Shown here one piece after another: positions 37,201 to 53,876 of a stretch of 64,000 bases of DNA; positions within the stretch are counted from its first letter, which is position 1, and the number at the start of each line of letters is the position of its first letter. The notes beneath the pieces are model-generated. The model saw only the letters and a list, made by a program, of their open reading frames with translations, did not search any database and was not told the DNA's origin. Source of the DNA: Eukaryota sp. GEM-RC1. Lineage: Eukaryota. The stretch lies in NCBI GenBank assembly GCA_040285855.1, contig JAUFOQ010000001.1:3844001-3908000 (forward strand). The letters are read 5' to 3'. A program made the position numbers and the translations under genes.

Positions 37201-40200
37201 AAGATGTTTATTCGGCACCCAATATGGTAACCTTCCTACAAACTATGATATATCCAGATATATTCATAGTTTTGTAGGAAGGCTATCTTTGGGTACCGAA
37301 TAAAGTTCTACTTACTTTATTTTTTACAGCATATAATCTAGATACGTTTTGTGTTTGATATCTTTTAGGTACATGTACCAGTAGTACTAGTAAGCTTTTC
37401 TTTAATTTATGTGGATTAACTGTACAATCTACAATGTATATATATTGCAGAACTGAGAATACATTAAAACCGATACTGTATTGATTGGTGAGCTGTTTTT
37501 GAAGTGTTGTCAATTATTTATTGCCTTGCGACAATGATAATACAACAATCAGAAAACTATTCTTTCAAAAAGCAGAAGTTTGAATCAGCACGCAACTCTA
37601 CTAGTAGTATTTTATTGAATCATGAAGTGACGTTAAAAGATATTTACAAGTGTAGGGTTAGTGTGGTTGATATAGATATCCTGCCAATTGCAAACTGGGT
37701 GAACTCTACAGAAATCTGCGTACTTTTGACCTATTGCCTTAAATTCGAAAAGACCTTTTCCTTGTGCATTATTTTGGTAAGTAAGGAGTAAGAAAGTAAG
37801 TTATTTGAATCATGGTGGGAGTAATTCCCACCATATTGTTGATTACATTGCAGACATTCATAACTGGCGAAGATGTATCGAGCTTCAATGCCAAATACTT
37901 TTAATCCGAATGTTAGTTAAACACTCACTTTCGAATCCTTTTTTTTACTTTTGGTTTGCTTCCAATGTAGAACAAACATCCACAATTGAATCGTGTAAAG
38001 CAATCACGTATCAATGAAGAGGTTGCCTCATCAATCAAGCACACACTCATTACAATACCATAGGTTGTTTGTAACGTACATCCTGTACTAAATACCGACT
38101 CCTTGTAGCACTTCATTGGAGAGAAAGTCACAGTCATTTTGGTTGTTGAGTTTGTGTTCGTGGAATTCGATACACATCACCTACTGAAGTGTAAAATTGG
38201 GCAATTAAATCATTTTTGTTGAAGTTGTTTATAACGATATAATCATCGTCAAACATTTTTACAATTTCTTTCGTCGACATACATATTTCGTCTATTGAAC
38301 GGTGAACATGATTGAACAAGTCTAGAACATTAGATTTCAGAGTCCCCTCGAGCAGTAAACACATTAAGTGATAGTAGAAAATGGAGTTACCTTCAATATG
38401 AAGATATCTTTCTTTCGAATAATCAAAAGGTGTATATCGATTCCTCAAGAGACAAGAACGTACCACTCATGAAGATAGGCCTTAGGATTGTGCAGAATCA
38501 TGAGTGACTGCCAAAACAACGTGAAGAACACGTAGTACCACTTCTTTTAATTAAAGATTTGAAGGTTTTCCATTTTAAAGTAGGCTGAATCTCCTTAAAT
38601 TTTATTAAACTTCTTTCTGTTGTTGGTCTTACAGTACATGTATAGAGTAAAAGTGAATAAAATAGTTAAATAAATATGTTAAATATATAATGCAGTTATA
38701 ATATAAATAGGTCATGGCACCAACAATAATGACAGATAACAAGAAACAATTATATGGAACATAGTTCGGAGACACACTCTTGTGTTTTTTTATGTGTTTT
38801 TCTGTATTTTCTGTACTTCTTACATCCAATTCAAACAGGGGGAGCTATAAAAAGCTACAAGCTCTAATTATGCGTATTGTTCTTTGAGTCCTCTAAGAAT
38901 ATGATCAATCGCACAGAAATACCGTAATATTCATCTGCAGCATAACCGTTATTCATTGAATATTGGTACGAACCATACTGGATCACATCACACGTGTTTC
39001 TGCGATCCCAAACACAATCACATCACTGTTCATTATTCAAATATAAAGTACATGAATTGTCTTTGAACTTTTAGAATCTATAAAATCACTTCATTCTTTT
39101 GAAAAACCGGATCTTTACCACTATCTTGAGACCAACATAGACAACATTTGGTGATATAGTATGTTGTTTGTTTCACAAAGGGATGTGATTACATTGTCGA
39201 ACAATAACGGTGGTTTTCGATTATCAGAGTTTAATGATCAATTAAAAATTTGTTTTCGGTTTATTATATACAATGTGCATGTATTCTAATGATGATTTCA
39301 CTTAAGTAGCTATCACATTTGATTGACAAGCAGTGTAATCACAATCACAACGAGATCACGTGTGATTGTGATGCATAAGTATGGTATCTTTGAAGATATC
39401 ACTGGTTTTCACCCATCAAATTAGACTTACAAATTTGATGTTCTGTATCATCATTTATTCCGTGTCAATGTCTCTAGACATTGACCTTACAGTGAAATCT
39501 AAAGGTCTCCTTTTTCATACAAAGTATGCAGCATAGTCTTTAACCGCATTTTTTGTACTATTGGCAATTTCTATTTTTGGTAATATTAGCAGGACTTGGA
39601 AAAATTGCATTGCCAATTAATTGCTCTCATTTTTCGTGGAGCAATGAATTATTGCAATTATCACACTTGCTACAATTAAATGCCCAATTAAATGGTTCAT
39701 GATATACTAACCAATTGAATATACTAAATAATTCTTTGTTTTCAATAAAAGACCCTCTAGTGTATTGTTCTTTATGTAAACAAGACGGGTTTTACGAATT
39801 CGCTGTACTGAAAAAAAGGAGAAAACGGAGCTATTCACTGACGAATATCAAGTATAGTGACAAAAATGCTGTAAACCAAATAAACAATGACTCAGCAATC
39901 CACACCACTAACTTTGCTTGATTAAATATACGTTCCACTTCTAAAAAAGTCATCTGGAATTTAGCATTAGTCGGAAAAGCGTTCAAACACAGAGACCGAT
40001 TATTGGTAAGGAAAGGAAACAAAGCAGTCTGTTCGAATAAGGAAAATTGATTTAAAAGAAGAATTGTTGTATTTGAAGATACCAACTTACCGCGTACAAT
40101 GTACACTAACAGACACTAGTTATAATATCTGAAGTTCTAAATATATTATAAAGACTTTTATTTTGGTCTGATATGGATTGTCAACTCTCACAAACTCTGT

Positions 40201-43200
40201 CTGAAGGTCTCCTTAATTTTTGTTTGAATTTATGAAATTCTTTTTCATACACAGAATGGACTTTAACCGTATACTATTGGCAGGGGATGGGAAATATTGA
40301 ATTGTCAATCCACTATTGCCAATGAATAACAATATTTATTGATTGTTCCATTGTTTTTCAAACAAGAAATTGAAATTGTTACAATTGCCATTCTTTTTAT
40401 ATACTTTGTCACGTCTTTCTACTAGTAGAGTGTTTTTCAATTTTTGGCTCCACTAAGTACCACGTGTCACTTAGTGGAGCCATCGCTCTAAAATTTGTCT
40501 CAGTACTAGCGTGTTCAATGTATTGCCAATATTGATAATACAATATGTCTATGATAAAACAACAACATTTAAAACAATTCCTATGATGATTTCTAAAGCT
40601 CAATTAGCTCTTAGTGTTTTTATGAAGAAAAAGCTGTTGTGAGTTTTAATGGCAATAATTGTTGCTTTAATGATATTGAGTTCTAGTATTTGTGTTTATG
40701 TTAGTGTTTTTGTTGCATAAAAGATTAGATAAAACAACAAATTTACTTTTGTATGGGCCAAAATCGAAGTTTGTTTATCATCAGACAGACTTGAGCATCA
40801 GTTATGGTTGTACTACAACAGAGATTTATTGAATGTGATAACTATTCGAAATGCTTGCCCATCCCAATGGTCTGAAGAAGATGAAATCGTTGATGGAGAT
40901 GAAGTTTAGACTATTTGTACACAACAAGTTTTTGCATTATTTTTTACAGATTCATAGTTTTGTAGGAAGGCTATCTTTTGGGTACCGAATAAAGTTTTTA
41001 CTTACTTTATTTTTTTACAGCATATAATCTAGATACGTTTTGTGTTTGATATCTTTTAGGTACATGTACCAGTAGTACTAGTAAGCTTTTCTTTAATTTA
41101 TGTGGATTAACTGTACAATCTACAATGTATATATATTGCAGAACTGAGAATACATTAAAACCGATACTGTATTGATTGGTAAGCTGTTTTTTGAAGTGTT
41201 GTCAATTATTTATTGCCTTGCGACAATGATAATACAACAATCAGAAAACTATTCTTTCAAAAAGCAGAAGTTTGAATCAGCACGCAACTCTACTAGTAGT
41301 ATTTTATTGAATTATGAAGTGACGTTAAAAGATATTTACAAGTGTAGGGTTAGTGTGGTTGATATAGATATCCTGCCAATTGCAAACTGGGTGATCTCTA
41401 CAGAAATCTGCGTACTTTTGACCTATTGCCTTAAATTCGATCAGACCTTTTCCTTGTGCATTATTTTGGTAAGTAAGGAGTAAGAAAGTAAGTTATTTGA
41501 ATCATGGTGGGAGTAATTCCCACCATATTGTTGATTACATTGCAGACATTCATAACTGGCGAAGATGTATCGAGCTTCAATGCCAAATACTTTTAATCCG
41601 AATGTTAGTTAAACACTCACTTTCGAATCCTTTTTTTTACTTTTGGTTTGCTTCCAATGTAGAACAAACATCCACAATTGAATCGTGTAAAGCAATCACG
41701 TATCAATGAAGAGGTTGCCCCATCAATCAAGCACACACTCATTACAATACCATAGGTTGTTTGTAACGTACATCCTGTACTAAATACCGACTCCTTGTAG
41801 CACTTCATTGGAGAGAAAGTCACAGTCATTTTGGTTGTTGAGTTTGTGTTCGTGGAATTCGATACACATCACCTACTGAAGTGTAAAATTGGGCAATTAA
41901 ATCATTTTTGTTGAAGTTGTTTATAACGATATAATCATCTTCAAACATTTTTACAATTTCTTTCGTCGACATACATATTTCGTCTATTGAACGGTGAACA
42001 TGATTGAACAAGTCTAGAACATCAGATTTCAGAGTCCCCTCGAGCAGTAAACACATTAAGTGATAGTAGAAAATGGAGTTACCTTCAATATGAAGATATC
42101 TTTCTTTCGAATAATCAAAAGGTGTATATCGATTCCTCAAGAGACAAGAACGTACCACTCATGAAGATAGGCCTTAGGATTGTGCAGAATCATGAGTGAC
42201 TGCCAAAACAACGTGAAGAACACGTAGTACCACTTCTTTTAATTAAAGATTTGAAGGTTTTCCATTTTAAAGTAGGCTGAATCTCCTTAAATTTTATTAA
42301 ACTTCTTTCTGTTGTTGGTCTTACAGTACATGTATAGAGTAAAAGTGAATAAAATAGTTAAATAAATATGTTAAATATATAATGCAGTTATAATATAAAT
42401 AGGTCATGGCACCAACAATAATGACAGATAACAAGAAACAATTATATGGAACATAGTTCGGAGACACACTCTTGTGTTTTTTTTATGTGTTTTTCTGTAT
42501 TTTCTGTACTTCTTACATCCAATTCAAACAGGGGAGCTATAAAAAGCTACAAGCTCTAATTATGCGTATTGTTCTTTGAGTCCTCTAAGAATATGATCAA
42601 TCGCACAGAAATACCGTAATATTCATCTGCAGCATAACCGTTATTCATTGAATATTGGTACGAACCATACTGGATCACATCACACGTGTTTCTGCGATCC
42701 CAAACACAATCACATCACTGTTCATTATTCAAATATAAAGTACATGAATTGTCTTTGAACTTTTAGAATCTATAAAATCACTTCATTCTTTTGAAAAAAC
42801 CGGATCTTTACCACTATCTTGAGACCAACATAGACAACATTTGGTGATATAGTATGTTGTTTGTTTCACAAAGGGATGTGATTACATTGTCGAACAATAA
42901 CGGTGGTTTTCGATTATCAGAGTTTAATGATCAATTAAAAATTTGTTTTCGGTTTATTATATACAATGTGCATGTATTCTAATGATGATTTCACTTAAGT
43001 AGCTATCACATTTGATTGACAAGCAGTGTAATCACAATCACAACGAGATCACGTGTGATTGTGATGCATAAGTATGGTATCTTTGAAGATATCACTGGTT
43101 TTCACCCATCAAATTAGACTTACAAATTTGATGTTCTGTATCATCATTTATTCCGTGTCAATGTCTCTAGACATTGACCTTACAGTGAAATCTAAAGGTC

Positions 43201-46200
43201 TCCTTTTCATACAAAGTATGCAGCATAGTCTTTAACCGCATTTTTTGTACTATTGGCAATTTCTATTTTTGGTAATATTAGCAGGACTTGGAAAAATTGC
43301 ATTGCCAATTAATTGCTCTCATTTTTCGTGGAGCAATGAATTATTGCAATTATCACACTTGCTACAATTAAATGCCCAATTAAATGGTTCATGATATACT
43401 AACCAATTGAATATACTAAATAATTCTTTGTTTTCAATAAAAGACCCTCTAGTGTATTGTTCTTTATGTAAACAAGACGGGTTTTACGAATTCGCTGTAC
43501 TGAAAAAGGAGAAAACGGAGCTATTCACTGACGAATATCAAGTATAGTGACAAAATGCTGTAAACCAAATAAACAATGACTCAGCAATCCACACCACTAA
43601 CTTTGCTTGATTAAATATACGTTCCACTTCTAAAAAGTCATCTGGAATTTAGCATTAGTCGGAAAAAGCGTTCAAACACAGAGACCGATTATTGGTAAGG
43701 AAAGGAAACAAAGCAGTCTGTTCGAATAAGGAAAATTGATTTAAAAGAAGAATTGTTGTATTTGAAGATACCAACTTACCGCGTACAATGTACACTAACA
43801 GACACTAGTTATAATATCTGAAGTTCTAAATATATTATAAAGACTTTTATTTTGGTCTGATATGGATTGTCAACTCTCACAAACTCTGTCTGAAGGTCTC
43901 CTTAATTTTTGTTTGAATTTATGAAATTCTTTTTCATACACAGAATGGACTTTAACCGTATACTATTGGCAGGGATGGGAAATATTGAATTGTCAATCCA
44001 CTATTGCCAATGAATAACAATATTTATTGATTGTTCCATTGTTTTCAAACAAGAAATTGAAATTGTTACAATTGCCATTCTTTTTATATACTTTGTCACG
44101 TCTTTCTACTAGTAGAGTGTTTTTCAATTTTTGGCTCCACTAAGTACCACGTGTCACTTAGTGGAGCCATCGCTCTAAAATTTGTCTCAGTACTAGCGTG
44201 TTCAATGTATTGCCAATATTGATAATACAATATGTCTATGATAAAACAACAACATTTAAAACAATTCCTATGATGATTTCTAAAGCTCAATTAGCTCTTA
44301 GTGTTTTGTATGAAGAAAAAGCTGTTGTGAGTTTTAATGGCAATAATTGTTGCTTTAATGATATTGAGTTCTAGTATTTGTGTTTATGTTAGTGTTTTTG
44401 TTGCATAAAAGATTAGATAAAACAACAAATTTACTTTTGTATGGGCCAAAATCGAAGTTTGTTTATCATCAGACAGACTTGAGCAACAGTTATGGTTGTA
44501 CTACAACAGAGATTTATTGAATGTGATAACTATTCGAAATGCTTGCCCATCCCAATGGTCTGAAGAAGATGAAATCGTTGATGGAGATGGAGTTTAGACT
44601 ATTTGTACACAACAAGTTTTTGCATTATTTTTTACAGATTCATAGTTTAAAAAAGATGTTTATTCGGCACCCAATATGGTAACCTTCCTACAAACTATGA
44701 TATATCCAGATATATTCATAGTTTTGTAGGAAGGCTATCTTTGGGTACCGAATAAAGTTTTACTACTTTATTTTTACAGCATATAATCTAGATACGTTTT
44801 GTGTTTGATATCTTTTAGGTACATGTACCAGTAGTACTAGTAAGCTTTTCTTTAATTTATGTGGATTAACTGTACAATCTACAATGTATATATATTGCAG
44901 AACTGAGAATACATTAAAACCGATACTGTATTGATTGGTGAGCTGTTTTTGAAGTGTTGTCAATTATTTATTGCCTTGCGACAATGATAATACAACAATC
45001 AGAAAACTATTCTTTCAAAAAGCAGAAGTTTGAATCAGCACGCAACTCTACTAGTAGTATTTTATTGAATCATGAAGTGACGTTAAAAGATATTTACAAG
45101 TGTAGGGTTAGTGTGGTTGATATAGATATCCTGCCAATTGCAAACTGGGTGAACTCTACAGAAATCTGCGTACTTTTGACCTATTGCCTTAAATTCGAAA
45201 AGACCTTTTCCTTGTGCATTATTTTGGTAAGTAAGGAGTAAGAAAGTAAGTTATTTGAATCATGGTGGGAGTAATTCCCACCATATTGTTGATTACATTG
45301 CAGACATTCATAACTGGCGAAGATGTATCGAGCTTCAATGCCAAATACTTTTAATCCGAATGTTAGTTAAACACTCACTTTCGAATCCTTTTTTTTACTT
45401 TTGGTTTGCTTCCAATGTAGAACAAACATCCACAATTGAATCGTGTAAAGCAATCACGTATCAATGAAGAGGTTGCCTCATCAATCAAGCACACACTCAT
45501 TACAATACCATAGGTTGTTTGTAACGTACATCCTGTACTAAATACCGACTCCTTGTAGCACTTCATTGGAGAGAAAGTCACAGTCATTTTGGTTGTTGAG
45601 TTTGTGTTCGTGGAATTCGATACACATCACCTACTGAAGTGTAAAATTGGGCAATTAAATCATTTTTGTTGAAGTTGTTTATAACGATATAATCATCGTC
45701 AAACATTTTTACAATTTCTTTCGTCGACATACATATTTCGTCTATTGAACGGTGAACATGATTGAACAAGTCTAGAACATTAGATTTCAGAGTCCCCTCG
45801 AGCAGTAAACACATTAAGTGATAGTAGAAAATGGAGTTACCTTCAATATGAAGATATCTTTCTTTCGAATAATCAAAAGGTGTATATCGATTCCTCAAGA
45901 GACAAGAACGTACCACTCATGAAGATAGGCCTTAGGATTGTGCAGAATCATGAGTGACTGCCAAAACAACGTGAAGAACACGTAGTACCACTTCTTTTAA
46001 TTAAAGATTTGAAGGTTTTCCATTTTAAAGTAGGCTGAATCTCCTTAAATTTTATTAAACTTCTTTCTGTTGTTGGTCTTACAGTACATGTATAGAGTAA
46101 AAGTGAATAAAATAGTTAAATAAATATGTTAAATATATAATGCAGTTATAATATAAATAGGTCATGGCACCAACAATAATGACAGATAACAAGAAACAAT

Positions 46201-49200
46201 TATATGGAACATAGTTCGGAGACACACTCTTGTGTTTTTTTTATGTGTTTTTCTGTATTTTCTGTACTTCTTACATCCAATTCAAACAGGGGGAGCTATA
46301 AAAAGCTACAAGCTCTAATTATGCGTATTGTTCTTTGAGTCCTCTAAGAATATGATCAATCGCACAGAAATACCGTAATATTCATCTGCAGCATAACCGT
46401 TATTCATTGAATATTGGTACGAACCATACTGGATCACATCACACGTGTTTCTGCGATCCCAAACACAATCACATCACTGTTCATTATTCAAATATAAAGT
46501 ACATGAATTGTCTTTGAACTTTTAGAATCTATAAAATCACTTCATTCTTTTGAAAGAAACAGGATCTTTATCACTATCTTGAGACCAACATAGACAACAT
46601 TTGGTGATATAGTATGTTGTTTGTTTCACAAAGGGATGTGATTACATTGTCGAACAATAACGGTGGTTTTCGATTATCAGAGTTTAATGATCAATTAAAA
46701 ATTTGTTTTCGGTTTATTATATACAATGTGCATGTATTCTAATGATGATTTCACTTAAGTAGCTATCACATTTGATTGACAAGCAGTGTAATCACAATCA
46801 CAACGAGATCACGTGTGATTGTGATGCATAAGTATGGTATCTTTGAAGATATCACTGGTTTTCACCCATCAAATTAGACTTACAAATTTAATGTTCTGTA
46901 TCATCATTTATTCCGTGTCAATGTCTCTAGACATTGACCTTACAGTGAAATCTAAAGGTCTCCTTTTTCATACAAAGTATGCAGCATGGTCTTTAACCGC
47001 ATTTTTTGTACTATTGGCAATTTCTATTTTTGGTAATATTAGCAGGACTTGGAAAAATTGCATTGCCAATTAATTGCTCTCATTTTTCGTGGAGCAATGA
47101 ATTATTGCAATTATCACACTTGCTACAATTAAATGCCCAATTAAATGGTTCATGATATACTAACCAATTGAATATACTAAATAATTCTTTGTTTTCAATA
47201 AAAGACCCTCTAGTGTATTGTTCTTTATGTAAACAAGACGGGTTTTACGAATTCGCTGTACTGAAAAAGGAGAAAACGGAGCTATTCACTGACGAATATC
47301 AAGTATAGTGACAAAATGCTGTAAACCAAATAAACAATGACTCAGCAATCCACACCACTAACTTTGCTTGATTAAATATACGTTCCACTTCTAAAAAGTC
47401 ATCTGGAATTTAGCATTAGTCGGAAAAAGCGTTCAAACACAGAGACCGATTATTGGTAAGGAAAGGAAACAAAGCAGTCTGTTCGAATAAGGAAAATTGA
47501 TTTAAAAGAAGAATTGTTGTATTTGAAGATACCAACTTACCGCGTACAATGTACACTAACAGACACTAGTTATAATATCTGAAGTTCTAAATATATTATA
47601 AAGACTTTTATTTTGGTCTGATATGGATTGTCAACTCTCACAAACTCTGTCTGAAGGTCTCCTTAATTTTTGTTTGAATTTATGAAATTCTTTTTCATAC
47701 ACAGAATGGACTTTAACCGTATACTATTGGCAGGGATGGGAAATATTGAATTGTCAATCCACTATTGCCAATGAATAACAATATTTATTGATTGTTCCAT
47801 TGTTTTTCAAACAAGAAATTGAAATTGTTACAATTGCCATTCTTTTTATATACTTTGTCACGTCTTTCTACTAGTAGAGTGTTTTTCAATTTTTGGCTCC
47901 ACTAAGTACCACGTGTCACTTAGTGGAGCCATCGCTCTAAAATTTGTCTCAGTACTAGCGTGTTCAATGTATTGCCAATATTGATAATACAATATGTCTA
48001 TGATAAAACAACAACATTTAAAACAATTCCTATGATGATTTCTAAAGCTCAATTAGCTCTTAGTGTTTTGTATGAAGAAAAAAGCTGTTGTGAGTTTTAA
48101 TGGCAATAATTGTTGCTTTAATGATATTGAGTTCTAGTATTTGTGTTTATGTTAGTGTTTTTGTTGCATAAAAGATTAGATAAAACAACAAATTTACTTT
48201 TGTATGGGCCAAAATCGAAGTTTGTTTATCATCAGACAGACTTGAGCAACAGTTATGGTTGTACTACAACAGAGATTTATTGAATGTGATAACTATTCGA
48301 AATGCTTGCCCATCCCAATGGTCTGAAGAAGATGAAATCGTTGATGGAGATGGAGTTTAGACTATTTGTACACAACAAGTTTTTGCATTATTTTTACAGA
48401 TTCATAGTTTAAAAAAAGATGTTTATTCGGCACCCAATATGGTAACCTTCCTACAAACTATGATATATCCAGATATATTCATAGTTTTGTAGGAAGGCTA
48501 TCTTTGGGTACCGAATAAAGTTTTACTACTTTATTTTTTACAGCATATAATCTAGATACGTTTTGTGTTTGATATCTTTTAGGTACATGTACCAGTAGTA
48601 CTAGTAAGCTTTTCTTTAATTTATGTGGATTAACTGTACAATCTACAATGTATATATATTGCAGAACTGAGAATACATTAAAACCGATACTGTATTGATT
48701 GGTGAGCTGTTTTTGAAGTGTTGTCAATTATTTATTGCCTTGCGACAATGATAATACAACAATCAGAAAACTATTCTTTCAAAAAGCAGAAGTTTGAATC
48801 AGCACGCAACTCTACTAGTAGTATTTTATTGAATCATGAAGTGACGTTAAAAGATATTTACAAGTGTAGGGTTAGTGTGGTTGATATAGATATCCTGCCA
48901 ATTGCAAACTGGGTGATCTCTACAGAAATCTGCGTACTTTTGACCTATTGCCTTAAATTCGAAAAGACCTTTTCCTTGTGCATTATTTTGGTAAGTAAGG
49001 AGTAAGAAAGTAAGTTATTTGAATCATGGTGGGAGTAATTCCCACCATATTGTTGATTACATTGCAGACATTCATAACTGGCGAAGATGTATCGAGCTTC
49101 AATGCCAAATACTTTTAATCCGAATGTTAGTTAAACACTCACTTTCGAATCCTTTTTTACTTTTGGTTTGCTTCCAATGTAGAACAAACATCCACAATTG

Positions 49201-52200
49201 AATCGTGTAAAGCAATCACGTATCAATGAAGAGGTTGCCTCATCAATCAAACACACACTCATTACAATACCATAGGTTGTTTGTAACGTACATCCTGTAC
49301 TAAATACCGACTCCTTGTAGCACTTCATTGGAGAGAAAGTCACAGTCATTTTGGTTGTTGAGTTTGTGTTCGTGGAATTCGATACACATCACCTACTGAA
49401 GTGTAAAATTGGGCAATTAAATCATTTTTGTTGAAGTTGTTTATAACGATATAATCATCGTCAAACATTTTTACAATTTCTTTCGTCGACATACATATTT
49501 CGTCTATTGAACGGTGAACATGATTGAACAAGTCTAGAACATTAGATTTCAGAGTCCCCTCGAGCAGTAAACACATTAAGTGATAGTAGAAAATGGAGTT
49601 ACCTTCAATATGAAGATATCTTTCTTTCGAATAATCAAAAGGTGTATCGATTCCTCAAGAGACAAGAACGTACCACTCATGAAGATAGGCCTTAGGATTG
49701 TGCAGAATCATGAGTGACTGCCAAAACAACGTGAAGAACACGTAGTACCACTTCTTTTAATTAAAGATTTGAAGGTTTTCCATGTTAAAGTAGGCTGAAT
49801 CTCCTTAAATTTTATTAAACTTCTTTCTGTTGTTGGTCTTACAGTACATGTATAGAGTAAAAGTGAATAAAATAGTTAAATAAATATGTTAAATATATAA
49901 TGCAGTTATAATATAAATAGGTCATGGCACCAACAATAATGACAGATAACAAGAAACAATTATATGGAACATAGTTCGGAGACACACTCTTGTGTTTTTT
50001 TTATGTGTTTTTCTGTATTTTCTGTACTTCTTACATCCAATTCAAACAGGGGGAGCTATAAAAAGCTACAAGCTCTAATTATGCGTATTGTTCTTTGAGT
50101 CCTCTAAGAATATGATCAATCGCACAGAAATACCGTAATATTCATCTGCAGCATAACCGTTATTCATTGAATATTGGTACGAACCATACTGGATCACATC
50201 ACACGTGTTTCTGCGATCCCAAACACAATCACATCACTGTTCATTATTCAAATATAAAGTACATGAATTGTCTTTGAACTTTTAGAATCTATAAAATCAC
50301 TTCATTCTTTTGAAAGAAACAGGATCTTTATCACTATCTTGAGACCAACATAGACAACATTTGGTGATATAGTATGTTGTTTGTTTCACAAAGGGATGTG
50401 ATTACATTGTCGAACAATAACGGTGGTTTTCGATTATCAGAGTTTAATGATCAATTAAAAATTTGTTTTCGGTTTATTATATACAATGTGCATGTATTCT
50501 AATGATGATTTCACTTAAGTAGCTATCACATTTGATTGACAAGCAGTGTAATCACAATCACAACGAGATCACGTGTGATTGTGATGCATAAGTATGGTAT
50601 CTTTGAAGATATCACTGGTTTGCACCCATCAAATTAGACTTACAAATTTGATGTTCTGTATCATCATTTATTCCGTGTCAATGTCTCTAGACATTGACCT
50701 TACAGTGAAATCTAAAGGTCTCCTTTTTCATACAAAGTATGCAGCATGGTCTTTAACCGCATTTTTTTTGTACTATTGGCAATTTCTATTTTTGGTAATA
50801 TTAGCAGGACTTGGAAAAATTGCATTGCCAATTAATTGCTCTCATTTTTCGTGGAGCAATGAATTATTGCAATTATCACACTTGCTACAATTAAATGCCC
50901 AATTAAATGGTTCATGATATACTAACCAATTGAATATACTAAATAATTCTTTGTTTTCAATAAAAGACCCTCTAGTGTATTGTTCTTTATGTAAACAAGA
51001 CGGGTTTTACGAATTCGCTGTACTGAAAAAAGGAGAAAACGGAGCTATTCACTGACGAATATCAAGTATAGTGACAAAAATGCTGTAAACCAAATAAACA
51101 ATGACTCAGCAATCCACACCACTAACTTTGCTTGATTAAATATACGTTCCACTTCTAAAAAAAGTCATCTGGAATTTAGCATTAGTCGGAAAAAGCGTTC
51201 AAACACAGAGACCGATTATTGGTAAGGAAAGGAAACAAAGCAGTCTGTTCGAATAAGGAAAATTGATTTAAAAGAAGAATTGTTGTATTTGAAGATACCA
51301 ACTTACCGCGTACAATGTACACTAACAGACACTAGTTATAATATCTGAAGTTCTAAATATATTATAAAGACTTTTATTTTGGTCTGATATGGATTGTCAA
51401 CTCTCACAAACTCTGTCTGAAGGTCTCCTTAATTTTTGTTTGAATTTATGAAATTCTTTTCATACACAGAATGGACTTTAACCGTATACTATTGGCAGGG
51501 ATGGGAAATATTGAATTGTCAATCCACTATTGCCAATGAATAACAATATTTATTGATTGTTCCATTGTTTTCAAACAAGAAATTGAAATTGTTACAATTG
51601 CCATTCTTTTTATATACTTTGTCACGTCTTTCTACTAGTAGAGTGTTTTTCAATTTTTGGCTCCACTAAGTACCACGTGTCACTTAGTGGAGCCATCGCT
51701 CTAAAATTTGTCTCAGTACTAGCGTGTTCAATGTATTGCCAATATTGATAATACAATATGTCTATGATAAAACAACAACATTTAAAACAATTCCTATGAT
51801 GATTTCTAAAGCTCAATTAGCTCTTAGTGTTTTTTATGAAGAAAAAAGCTGTTGTGAGTTTTAATGGCAATAATTGTTGCTTTAATGATATTGAGTTCTA
51901 GTATTTGTGTTTATGTTAGTGTTTTTGTTGCATAAAAGATTAGATAAAACAACAAATTTACTTTTGTATGGGCCAAAATCGAAGTTTGTTTATCATCAGA
52001 CAGACTTGAGCATCAGTTATGGTTGTACTACAACAGAGATTTATTGAATGTGATAACTATTCGAAATGCTTGCCCATCCCAATGGTCTGAAGAAGATGAA
52101 ATCGTTGATGGAGATGAAGTTTAGACTATTTGTACACAACAAGTTTTGCATTATTTTTTACAGATTCATAGTTTTGTAGGAAGGCTATCTTTTGGGTACC

Positions 52201-53876
52201 GAATAAAGTTTTTACTTACTTTATTTTTTTACAGCATATAATCTAGATACGTTTTGTGTTTGATATCTTTTAGGTACATGTACCAGTAGTACTAGTAAGC
52301 TTTTCTTTAATTTATGTGGATTAACTGTACAATCTACAATGTATATATATTGCAGAACTGAGAATACATTAAAACCGATACTGTATTGATTGGTGAGCTG
52401 TTTTTGAAGTGTTGTCAATTATTTATTGCCTTGCGACAATGATAATACAACAATCAGAAAACTATTCTTTCAAAAAGCAGAAGTTTGAATCAGCACGCAA
52501 CTCTACTAGTAGTATTTTATTGAATCATGAAGTGACGTTAAAAGATATTTACAAGTGTAGGGTTAGTGTGGTTGATATAGATATCCTGCCAATTGCAAAC
52601 TGGGTGATCTCTACAGAAATCTGCGTACTTTTGACCTATTGCCTTAAATTCGAAAAGACCTTTTCCTTGTGCATTATTTTGGTAAGTAAGGAGTAAGAAA
52701 GTAAGTTATTTGAATCATGGTGGGAGTAATTCCCACCATATTGTTGATTACATTGCAGACATTCATAACTGGCGAAGATGTATCGAGCTTCAATGCCAAA
52801 TACTTTTAATCCGAATGTTAGTTAAACACTCACTTTCGAATCCTTTTTTTTACTTTTGGTTTGCTTCCAATGTAGAACAAACATCCACAATTGAATCGTG
52901 TAAAGCAATCACGTATCAATGAAGAGGTTGCCTCATCAATCAAGCACACACTCATTACAATACCATAGGTTGTTTGTAACGTACATCCTGTACTAAATAC
53001 CGACTCCTTGTAGCACTTCATTGGAGAGAAAGTCACAGTCATTTTGGTTGTTGAGTTTGTGTTCGTGGAATTCGATACACATCACCTACTGAAGTGTAAA
53101 ATTGGGCAATTAAATCATTTTTGTTGAAGTTGTTTATAACGATATAATCATCGTCAAACATTTTTACAATTTCTTTCGTCGACATACATATTTCGTCTTT
53201 TGAACGGTGAACATGATTGAACAAGTCTAGAACATTAGATTTCAGAGTCCCCTCGAGCAGTAAACACATTAAGTGATAGTAGAAAATGGAGTTACCTTCA
53301 ATATGAAGATATCTTTCTTTCGAATAATCAAAAGGTGTATCGATTCCTCAAGAGACAAGAACGTACCACTCATGAAGATAGGCCTTAGGATTGTGCAGAA
53401 TCATGAGTGACTGCCAAAACAACGTGAAGAACACGTAGTACCACTTCTTTTAATTAAAGATTTGAAGGTTTTCCATTTTAAAGTAGGCTGAATCTCCTTA
53501 AATTTTATTAAACTTCTTTCTGTTGTTGGTCTTACAGTACATGTATAGAGTAAAAGTGAATAAAATAGTTAAATAAATATGTTAAATATATAATGCAGTT
53601 ATAATATAAATAGGTCATGGCACCAACAATAATGACAGATAACAAGAAACAATTATATGGAACATAGTTCGGAGACACACTCTTGTGTTTTTTTATGTGT
53701 TTTTCTGTATTTTCTGTACTTCTTACATCCAATTCAAACAGGGGGAGCTATAAAAAGCTACAAGCTCTAATTATGCGTATTGTTCTTTGAGTCCTCTAAG
53801 AATATGATCAATCGCACAGAAATACCGTAATATTCATCTGCAGCATAACCGTTATTCATTGAATATTGGTACGAAC

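Noticed and set aside
19121..53732. The many repeated 60-110 aa ORFs in the array as real genes
   Set aside because: Short, overlapping on both strands, often starting at non-ATG codons, and varying with homopolymer length; better explained as relic or chance ORFs.
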